A DNA stretch of 63,242 nt, filler included, from Reticulomyxa filosa (lineage: Eukaryota > Protista > Foraminifera), in the NCBI GenBank assembly GCA_000512085.1. It is 18 parts of 18 records of this genome, joined end to end, with 100 filler letters (N's around TTAATTAATTAA, not from the genome) between each part and the next. Parts side by side here need not be neighbours in the genome. Positions count along the whole stretch, not along the records: positions 53,293 to 54,431 come from ASPP01014141.1; positions 54,532 to 56,046 come from ASPP01009836.1; positions 56,147 to 57,851 come from ASPP01004273.1; positions 57,952 to 59,178 come from ASPP01033342.1; positions 59,279 to 62,135 come from ASPP01026022.1; positions 62,236 to 63,242 come from ASPP01003631.1; 12 more parts are not named here. The stretch is one strand, 5' to 3'. Under the pieces are notes generated by a model that was given only the letters and a program-made list of their open reading frames with translations, was not told the DNA's origin and did no database searches. The number at the start of each line of letters is the position of its first letter. Within the stretch, counting starts at the first letter, position 1. This document shows, piece after piece, positions 53,315-63,242 of the stretch. The translations under genes and the position numbers were made by a program.

Positions 53315-54352
53315 GGCAATGAAATAAGTGAAAAGGGGTCACAGAGTGCGGAGAGTACCGATACTGAGTCGGAGGCAGATGCCAAAACAGAATACCAAGA
53401 GGAAAAGGAAGAAAAACATATGGTGCTCGTGGACGACACAGAACTGATCTTCTCCCAAACGTATGACTGGCCAGAGTTTGCAAAAAACCAAAACAGTCGA
53501 GGGTTACTCACGCCAAGAAACGGCAAGGAACATAAAAGCACACAGTTGTCTTTGTCGTTTTTACCAGTGGCAGACGCCAATACAAGTCAAGATATGGGCC
53601 AAGGCACGCCTGTTGACAAAGGTACATATATACATGTATAAACACACATATATATATACATATATATATATGTGTCTATACAATATGTAAAAACAGAAGA
53701 AGAAAAGGAAAAGCAAAGAGAAGAGGCAGAACCGAGAGAAGAAAGCTTGAGTGGGACGATGGACGTGGACTTGACATTTGTGGCGAAGGATGGACAAAAT
53801 AATCCCTCGCCGCGAGAGTATAGTAGGGAACAAAGCCCCCAAGTCTCCATTTGCGTCAACGCCGAGTGAAAAGCGCAGGACGAGAAAAAGAAAGCACACA
53901 CACAAGAAACGGTCAAAGCAAAAAGAGAAGACGTGGAGCAAGAGAAAAAGAAGGACACAGAAAAATTGAAAGAAGACGGACAGCCACAACAACAAGGGAA
54001 CACCCTTAAAGCAAAGATGAAAAAGAAACACATTTGGAATCCGGATGACAAAGAGCGTGAAATTGAAAAGACGCGAAAGCTGCTTTCCGCCAGCGACCAA
54101 CTGTCGAGTGAGGACGAGGAAGACGATCCCGAAGAAGACGATGCAGAGGAAGAGGACCACGACGAGGAAGGTGATGATGACGATCTCGACAGAGATAATT
54201 CCTCCTCCATTCCTGATCTTGTTGCTGACACCGCTGCGGCGGCGGCGGCGGCGGCGGGGATCAACGACCCCTCTTCTGTTCCTCCTTTGCCACTAGCTTT
54301 GCAAAGCAAAGATTCCATGAACCAGTCTTCACATAACATTTGGGTTTTGTAA
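53315..54352 (+). CDS. Acidic low-complexity hypothetical protein, fragment
   Basis: E/D/K-rich frames separated by an intron starting ~53623; frame anomaly at 53834-53878. Confidence 0.45.
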
Positions 54353-54637
54353 TTTATTTTATTTTTTTTTTTAGAAGTTCAAATTGAAAATTGAACTTCT
54401 CTTACCCCCCCCCCCTTTTTTTTTTTAAAAANNNNNNNNNNNNNNNNNNNNNNNNNNNNNNNNNNNNNNNNNNNNTTAATTAATTAANNNNNNNNNNNNN
54501 NNNNNNNNNNNNNNNNNNNNNNNNNNNNNNNTTTTTTTTTTTTTTTTTTTTTGATATATGTATATGTGTATATACAACAAAGTCAATACAATACTAATAC
54601 GCTGTAATAATCCCCTCTTCATTACACAAATTAAAAG

Positions 54638-54816
54638 CTTTATCCCATGCTACATTTCGAGATGGCTATTCGGGTGGATTTGTGCGCTCCGCAGTCATCA
54701 CCGAAAAAGGAATCAATCGCACTTCTCATGAAATTGTGAAAAAGCATGAAAGTATTGAGCGAAACTTGGATGTGGAATACACAGTGAAACCCGAGGAAGA
54801 AGAGGAACTTGACTGA
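54638..54816 (+). CDS. 20S proteasome beta subunit, last exon (beta1- or beta5-like)
   Basis: Not in the ORF track. After TTAAAAG the frame reads ALSHATFRDGYSGGFVRSAVITEKGINR...EEELD*, with the RDxxSGG motif of catalytic beta subunits. Confidence 0.8.
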
Positions 54817-55504
54817 GAAACAGATCCCCCTTACAAAAGAAACTTTTCTTTTTTTTAAAAAAAAGGAAATACAAAAACCAAATTTTGGACGAGTTTCAAA
54901 GTCATTTCAAAAAAATTTTGTTACACTTGCTCGATTTGTTCCACTTCCCACTACAACTCATTTTTTTTTTTGCTTGTTGAAAAAAAAATGATACGTGGAG
55001 CTATTCCATGTCAACAACAGACCCAAAACCTTACATTCTTTCCAATTGATAGATTAGTTATTACTTTTTTTTGGGTCTAGTTCGAATACCCCATTTTTTT
55101 TAATCTTTAAACACCATATTTCAGTAACCTCGTGTATCTCGGGGTATATTGCTCACATTTCAGTCCTTTTCTTTTGTATGGATCATTCTCCCAAAAAAGG
55201 GTATACAGTACAAGCATTTTCTCGAAACGTTAAAGCGAAGACAGGGAAAAAAGCAGAAAGTGAACCTTAAAAAAAAATATGTCGGGAGAAACCTGAACAG
55301 GTTAGATCGATTTGAATGACAGATTTTGGGATTGGAAAAGTAAGCTGTTCTTTTGTTAATCGTGCTTGTTAGTTTGCTAAACAAAAGCTGTTATCGAGAC
55401 GAGAAACAGTAAACAATTTATAACAACAGAAAAACGGTTCGGAAGTGAGCATTATAAGAAGCAACGAACTAGACAAAGCACCAAATGGAAAATCGAAAAG
55501 CGAG

Positions 55505-55829
55505 ATGACGAGGGTGTTGTATTTGAAATGTGACACGAATGGAGACCTAGCAATGAGACACTCCGACATAATTTCAGTAGTTCATGGTTTCTACGATTGC
55601 GGTTGCGACAGCAGTGGGAACAGCAGTGGGAACAGTAACAGGAACAGTGTCACAAATGCCGACACTACCACTACCACCCAGATCAAACAAGCCAATTGCA
55701 TCGTCAACACGTATCCATCAAATAATAAGACTGGAGTATTTGTGGAATTTGTGGATCTTTCATCGGCGATTCGAGTGTTGAAAAGTTTTCGAGAGAAAAA
55801 AAAAATGGACAATCTACCGACGTTTCGCG
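55505..55829 (+). CDS. Putative RRM-like protein, first exon, 3' partial
   Basis: RNP2-like RVLYLK and RNP1-like TGVFVEFVDLSSAIRVL, interrupted by an S/N/T-rich loop. Confidence 0.4.
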
Positions 55830-56004
55830 GTGAGCAAACACTTTGCAAGCCCCCAAACAAACAAACAAAAAAAGGGGGCACTCTTTTTTTTTTTGTTTGT
55901 TTTTTCCCTTCCTCCTTCTTTTTCCCGGTTCTTTAACAAAAAATTAAAAGTGTTCTTGAAGCACATACACATACAAGTTACGACAACCAGAGTTCTAATT
56001 ATAC

Positions 56005-56044
<40 letters not shown>

Positions 56045-56279
56045 AANNNNNNNNNNNNNNNNNNNNNNNNNNNNNNNNNNNNNNNNNNNNTTAATTAATT
56101 AANNNNNNNNNNNNNNNNNNNNNNNNNNNNNNNNNNNNNNNNNNNNAAACATGTGCAGAAGTGGCCTGAGGGGAGAAACAACTCCTGAAGACCTGAAAAT
56201 GGACCGAAAATAAAAAATGTGCAAGACGACGAGTTTAAATTGAATAATCAGTTTACCACCATCAGCAAAGATGAAGAAA

Positions 56280-57700
56280 AAGTTGGATCAGAACTAGTTG
56301 TTGATGTGGGCAAGCATTATCCACGTTGAAGAATGGATTTGAGGTTTCCAAGCTAAAAGTATTTGGACCCGAATTATCTATTGAACAAAGAGTACCATCT
56401 GCGAATGAAGAGCAGCTCAAGATTTTGGAAGAAAAAAAAGAAAAGGAGTTGCAAAAGGAGGAATTGAGTGAAATGGTTGGAAAATTGCAAGTGAATGATC
56501 GTGTTGAAACAGCTGCAGGGACGAACAGGTTTATTTTAATTATCATTTATCATTTATCATTTATCACTTATAATTTTGTTTTGTTTATTTCGAATGAACA
56601 AATGACATAAAAAAAATATGTATACATATATGTGTATATATATTTATATATATTTATATGAAATGAATCAATAGAAAGCAAGTTGGATAAAGCACTCGCT
56701 CTAGGCCATGATGGCAAAGCCAAGTTTTCGATGAGACATGACCACGGACTGCTTGTGACAGCGAAAGACATTGACAAAGTGTTCCTACAATTATCAGAGC
56801 GGAGTACATTCCGATGGTCCATCGATTTCAAGTAATTTGAATACTTGGCATCAAAAGGCCATATATAACAACAATTTGAGTGAAGGTAAGTTTGTAAATA
56901 TCAAATACTACGACATCATTGGATTTTGGCAGTCACAGTCTCAGCAACGGCGAAAATTATCAGATTGGACTTGCAACATTGGTGGACCAATGAAGGTGAT
57001 GGGTAATGCAAAAATGGCAAAGAGTATTTCAAATGTCAGCTTTTTTGGTTATTCGTACTTTTGTTCGCGAAGAGACATTGAAAGAATTGTGCCCCACCCC
57101 TACGGCGAGTCTGCAACAGCTGCCAATTATTAAAGATCGCGTGAAGCATATTTGATGAATAGATAAGAGGTATAATTTAATTCGTTGAGGACTTATGGAA
57201 TTTGCCAAAGGGGGGTGGGGGGGGGTATGATGAACTTTTTGGTCGCTGCCACGGACGCGGGCATAGTCAAGAGCACTCTTCTTACTTTAGGACGCATCCG
57301 CATCGAGGCTTTTTTTTTTTTTTTTTTTGGCGCCATCAAAGCGGCTCATCGAAAACTTAGGTTCGATTATCAAAAAAAATCATTCAACATGACGGACTGA
57401 CAAGTGTAAAGTACATTGGTCCTGTGAGGCGGCGAATCCTGAAATTATTACTATCAAAATGAACTCATAGAATCCCAATGAACACAAATGACAAAAAGCT
57501 CTTTTTACTGGCTGGCATTTTACAAAACGCTCCGAAATTGTCGAAATCATGAATCATATTGCAGCTTACTTGGAGCAATTACAAATCCAATTGCAGCGAC
57601 ATAAGCAAATCCTCAGTCTGCGAAAAACGTCTTCGACAAAGAATTGCGCTCCGACATCGAATTGGACTAATTGCAAGAGTTGACAAAAGCCTTTGAACTC
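56280..57700 (+). pseudogene. Decayed coding sequence of unknown family
   Basis: Exon-like segments with an apparent intron, followed by several in-frame stops and frame changes. Confidence 0.3.
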
Positions 57701-59311
57701 AACTGCCATGTCGTCGACTGCATTTAGCGTGGTCAATCGCCACTGTGGAGAGAAACTAAAAAAAAAATGATCTAGATGGATGGTAATGGAAAATCAAGAA
57801 AAAAATCTGAATTGAGTTGTTGGCGACTGAAACATGCACTTTGAATGGTGTNNNNNNNNNNNNNNNNNNNNNNNNNNNNNNNNNNNNNNNNNNNNTTAAT
57901 TAATTAANNNNNNNNNNNNNNNNNNNNNNNNNNNNNNNNNNNNNNNNNNNNTTTTTTTTTTCTTTTGTGTGAAGATGAATGGACATAGATTGTAACAATA
58001 ATTGCAGACGATGGAACCTATGTTACACAGCAACAACACAAAATACTTAAACATATTTTTAAAAAAAGATAGATAGAACAAGCCTTTGCTTCTCCTTTCG
58101 GAGACGGGGTGGTTTCTACCCCGTATTCTTTTCCAGCCATTTGCACGATCGATGATTCATACTTGCTCAGTCTATACAAGCAACAACCAAAAAATATATT
58201 CTTATGTTATTGTTACAGCAGCAAACAAATAAAAAATAACTTGACAAGACCACATTGGTCACTTTTTGATGTTGATGCCGCTCTGCTTGTTCAGGCTATC
58301 AACAAATTTTCCCATACATTATTTGCTTGGCTGCCATTAGATTATTGGATTATGTTTGTGGACAATGCGAGCCTTGTGTTCAATTGCGTGCGTAATTGCA
58401 TAAGTGCTATTGGATAGACCATGCCTTGGTAAAAGTAGCTCTGTTGCATAAAAAAGGATGGTTATCACCACTGACTTACAATTCAATTGTTCGTCAATTG
58501 TGTTTAACCATATCCTCCTTTACGCCATCAGCGCTTCTTCTACCTTAAAGGCAGGTGCTGATCCATGATAGCTACTTATTTCCATTAAAATGTGCAGCTA
58601 TTGGTCCATTTGTCAAAGTCGTCCTTGACATTATTTTCATCCATTTTGTGCATGTCGTCCATATTCTATTTTTTGCGCCACATTGTACGATCTATCAAAT
58701 TTTTTTTTTGTTTGTTGTTATAAAAAAAAAAGTATTAAAAAAAAAAAAAAAGAACATAACATTGAAGTATTGAACAACATTTGAAAAATATTGCTCGTTG
58801 ATAGGACTATGACTTGCGAATAGCGAATTGTTGGTGCATGACAAAGTTGATGGCGTTTGCGACAATATCTTGGACTTGTGTGTTTGTCTTTGTGTAAATT
58901 TCGAATCTCAATTTTTTTTTATTATAGCATGGGACATTTGAAATGCAGAATTGCAGCTGATAACCAATTCGGAATTCACGCTGACGTGGTACTGGAGCAA
59001 TTGGTCACAAACAATTCGTTAAATGCTCTATTCGCTATCGCATATCCAACCCATTTGCACGCTCCATTCGATAGTGATGTGCTTGTCATCACGATTACAA
59101 CCGCACTTGTAAATACATTATGTTTTTGTTTGTTAAAAAAATTCATTTTAAATCAAAGCTATCATATACATACAATCTNNNNNNNNNNNNNNNNNNNNNN
59201 NNNNNNNNNNNNNNNNNNNNNNTTAATTAATTAANNNNNNNNNNNNNNNNNNNNNNNNNNNNNNNNNNNNNNNNNNNNATCAAGCACGTTATGCACGTTG
59301 TATTACAAACA

Positions 59312-62120
59312 GTGATTTTATCGAGTGCATTCGATTTGGAGGCTATGACGCACTAATCAACTCGTGGCCAGGAAAAATTCGAGTGATAAGCAGTATGGGA
59401 AAACAATCGACTGGCAAGTCTTATATGTTGAATCATTTGCTGGGATGCAAATTCGATATTTCAGGCGCTCGTTGCACAGATGGCGTTTGGATCACTGCAA
59501 GGATTGCTGGAGATGTATTATACGTCATTTTGGACTTTGAGGGACTAGGGTCATTTGAACGATCTCCACAAGAGGATGTTTTTTTGTTTGTGTTCAATGC
59601 GGCCATTTCCAATTGCACTATATTCAGGTGTGAAAACCGTTTTGATCAAGACATTGCCGAAATGTTTAAGAGATTCCAAAAAGGAGTCCAGTTTTTACAA
59701 GATGACAATGACAAATTGTTCAGAGGCCGCTTGCTCATTGTTGTCAAAGATATTCCAATTACAGACATCAGACAAGTCATGGATGATCTTTCCAGCAAAA
59801 TTAAATCCTTTTGTCGCAACGGCACAAATGGAGAGTCGGAATCATTTGTGATGCAAATGTACAAAGATGTGGTCAACATTCATATTGAGCCTTATCCTCC
59901 ATTAATGCATGAATTATTTTTTAAAAAATTGGATGCCTTGCGAATATTGATTGAAGGCTCTCCGAAAACGCACAGCGATGATGCTGTCCTACCTTCACCA
60001 ATCGTCCATGTAGATGGTGGTATTCCTTTCTTGCGACACATGAAAGTGATTATGGCAAAGCTGGCAATGAAAGATTGGAATTCCAATCTAAGCGATCAGA
60101 TTGTGGAATCGGCAGTGGAGAGGGTGAAACAACACATAAAGAGTGTAATCAATTTTGGAACATTAGCTATATCAAAAGAACAAGAATCGTTGGAACGCTT
60201 TGATATCACTGAGAATATGGAAGTAGTGAGTTTGACCAAAAAAGAAAAAATAATTGTAAAGAATTCAGATGTGATCAACGCCCTTTTGCAAAAACTGGAA
60301 CACGTTCGGTCTCAAAGTAGTGAACAGTTAAATGCGACAGTGACTGAACAAATCGACCAGTTAAAACAACGGACAGAAATTTTGGAAAAGATGTTGGACA
60401 ATATTCCAAATACCGGATTGAATTTAATTCATAATAACATTTTGAAATGGTTGAAGGAGAAATTTGAAAGTTTATGCACAGAATTGAAGATGTCGAACCA
60501 GAAATTTGAAAAAGAAATGTCAGAATATAAGCGGAATCATTTCACTCACAAACAGTGGTTCAATGTATTTCAACTGTTTTTAAAATTGATTTATTTGAGA
60601 CGAGAAATGACATTAGAGAAGTGGATTGCCAGTGAATTGCATGAGTTTGGGTTTCAAACGCTACGAGAATATAATACGCAAGAACAAAAGATCGACACAC
60701 CCGATAAACGTGCAAAACGTATTCAAGATCAAATGGTCGCCAAATTTGTTAGACCTCTCATTAACAGTGTACTTAATCAATTGCAAGCAATAGAAAATTT
60801 ACTTAAGTTGTGTGGAGCAAAATGCAAAGATTGTTATTTCCAATGTTTGCTGAGACAGGCACATCAATGGAACGGTGAGCACAATTGTTTGGGATCGCAT
60901 CAATGCGATCAGCCGTGTAGCCGCTGTAAGCAAAACGAAGCCGAAACAAAAGAAAACGCGTTACCATGTCAATTGCAATCGGGTCATGAAATGCCTCATA
61001 ATTGTCGTGATAGAAACCATACGTGTGGTAAGGATTGCTCATTGAAGCAATATGGTCATTGCTATGAAAAATGTGGCTTGGAATTTGGACAAAGCAGCGA
61101 AGCAGCTTGTATTTGCAATAGCATTATCCATTACTGCAATCAAAACTGCTCTTTGTCTGAATATCCAAACAAATGTGAAATCGACTATACCAAGGAGCAT
61201 ACGAAGTATTATTGAGAAAAGTTTTTGAAATTTGAGGATCGTTGTAAACTTTCGGCTCGAAAGCAATTTGAGAGATGCAGTCATTTTTGTCCTCATCCCG
61301 GTCATGAGACCATCAAGGATGAACGTGATGAGGTCAATAAATCGTATGACTCTTTTTTTTTTTGTTTTTTTTTTTTAAAAAAGTATATTTACCATCGATG
61401 CCAGCATGAGATCGGCAGATGTGAAGCCCAGTAGAGAGGAAACAAAAAACTATTCGTCCCCCTCCACGAACAGATTCGGTCTTGATAATCGCTTGGGTGC
61501 AGTATACGACGCAAGTTGAGACATGTGTGAAAAAAAAATAAAATAAAAAGGAAACATTTACAACTCAGTTTTTGCAAATAAACAAAACAATACGCTAGGA
61601 TCGTTTCAAAAAATATGACATCTAATACACACTTGGAAATAAATAGTTTACTCATTTATTCAACAGCGAAGCACAGGATGTAAAGAAAAAGGGACCATCA
61701 TTCTTTTTAATGAAACAGCTACGATTATCAAAGAAAACATTGAATTTAATCTTAACACAGTGAAAGAGGTTCTCTACCCAGCTCGTGTATTCAATCTGGG
61801 CACGTCGTTTCTTGCAGCTGTTAAACGTATCGACGAGGTCGTAAAACGAAACACATCAAAGCCTGTTGTCATCATTTTTTTTAACTGATGGCGATAAAGA
61901 TAATGGAGCTTCCGCACTTTTAGCAGAGATCAAAAAATCTTGTTCTCAAGGATTCCATTTCTTTCCTTGTATTTTCCGCAAAAGACAGAGTGCTACTTTG
62001 AATGCAATGGCAAGCAAAGTTGGTACAACAGTAAAAGACAACTTGGATGCAAATGCTTTAGAAACTCATTTTGTGGGAATTGCAAAGAAAATTGCTAACA
62101 TTTCATATATTCAAGATTAA
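59312..62120 (+). pseudogene. GB1/RHD3 (GBP/VLIG-like) GTPase + Cys/His repeats + vWA protein, 5' partial, 3' half disrupted
   Basis: G1 VISSMGKQSTGKSYMLNHL, G2 RCTDGVW, G3 LDFEGLGSFERSPQED; helical stalk; repeats C...C..C...C.L..GH...H.C; vWA IILFN..GTSF.AA..VIIFLTDG. In-frame TGA at 61213 and further stops at ~61432-61530. Confidence 0.8.
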
Positions 62121-63242
62121 GAATTGTATCTCATTNNNNNNNNNNNNNNNNNNNNNNNNNNNNNNNNNNNNNNNNNNNNTTAATTAATTAANNNNNNNNN
62201 NNNNNNNNNNNNNNNNNNNNNNNNNNNNNNNNNNNTTCTACGAACGGAACCAATAGCAATGGCGATCAATTGGAATGCAATATTCATGGCCTTGTACTTA
62301 TTCACATTTAATACAATGCTTTGATCATTGTATAATGTGTTAAGCCGTTGCTTTGTCTCTGGACATGAATAAAGACAAAAGGGGATCGGCATTGCTTCAA
62401 CGTGGAATGATGAACAGTGCTTGCGTTTACAATGGCAGGACTGTTTGTGTATTGGAGAGGCTGAGTGACTACCACAAGAACGAGATATGGTATTGAGATT
62501 GTGTGTATTGTGAGAAAGACGACCACTACTTTCTTGATTCGGATTTCGTCTTGGAAGGGATCAACCAACCTTTATTTGATTGAATTTAATGATACACCCA
62601 ATATTGTAGACAAAACCAATATTGTTTCCCAATCCAATATCTTCATGTGTCTTTTCCATTAATATTGTTCGTTGTTGTTGATATTGTTTATTACGGAATG
62701 GTCACTATATTATTATTTTCTGGATATCGTTTGCACACAAATGTTTTTTGTCGTTTCCACTCTCACCAAGACAGCAGCATTTGCTTCAGCAAGTTTGTGC
62801 TTATATTCTCTTTCTTCTTCTTTATTTGCGGTTCCATTATCTTCAATGTTTTTGGACTTTGCATATTCTAGCTGTTGTAAAAACAAAAACAATAAACAAC
62901 AAATCAATTCAAATTGTTTAGAAATAAAGACACAAATAATCAATGATTTTTAACTTCAATTTTCTTTCAAAAGTATTCAAATCATTTCCTGCCAATCTTA
63001 TTTGACGTGTAGTATAATATTATTTTAATAATATTTTCCACCAAATCAACATCAATTGTATTTTGGGAATGTTCGATGCATCATTAGTGTGTCGACGTCT
63101 GAGTGGGGGGAGTCATAAATAACATAATCACAAACACATGTAAAGAGCAACGACTGATTATGCGCATTGTGGAGCCGGAATGAATTGAATGAAAGTAGTG
63201 CATGCTAATCTGAGTGTTATTGTATGATTGCAAGCACATAAC

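Noticed and set aside
57952-59178. Coding-like sequence on the minus strand
   Set aside because: Frequent stops and no recognisable motif; probably decayed and not assignable.
26164-62135. Apparent cluster of cytoskeleton and signalling genes (actin, G-alpha, lamin-like, RhoGAP, PI3K)
   Set aside because: These genes lie on different contigs joined artificially; only RhoGAP and DENND4 share a contig.
13367-62235. Regularly recurring TTAATTAATTAA within N runs as a biological repeat or CRISPR-like array
   Set aside because: It is an assembly linker with stops in six frames; ORFs ending in X..LIN are artefacts.
62236-62943. Possible secreted protein on the minus strand
   Set aside because: Frames are broken by several stops and no family was recognised.
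1-63242. tRNA, rRNA, CRISPR arrays and prokaryotic operons
   Set aside because: None recognisable by eye; the DNA is eukaryotic with spliceosomal introns.

Overview
AT-rich, intron-rich eukaryotic DNA. It consists of 18 unrelated contigs joined by 17 artificial 100-nt linkers (N44-TTAATTAATTAA-N44, stops in all six frames), so adjacency across a linker means nothing. The WD40 family motifs, decayed LINE fragments and overall style suggest a rhizarian, most likely a foraminiferan such as Reticulomyxa (inference). Recognisable genes: a ~2560-aa conserved giant protein of unknown function, BUD13, an F-box protein, a PH-domain protein, a MAPEG/MGST3-like protein, a divergent actin, a G-alpha subunit, a lamin-like intermediate filament protein, a WD40 gene plus a WD40 pseudogene, a PT-repeat mucin-like membrane protein, a RhoGAP, a DENND4-like Rab GEF, a PI3/4-kinase fragment, a proteasome beta C-terminus, and a decaying GB1/RHD3-type GTPase with Cys/His repeats and vWA. 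The strongest cross-window signal is an unusual intron grammar: about three quarters of the inferred donors are GTT with no +4..+6 consensus, many acceptors are AAG or sit behind A-rich rather than pyrimidine tracts, and the U-rich tract often lies at the 5' end of the intron. Many single-base frameshifts fall in homopolymers and are probably sequencing errors. All gene models were built by hand from frame logic and remembered family motifs; no searches were run.
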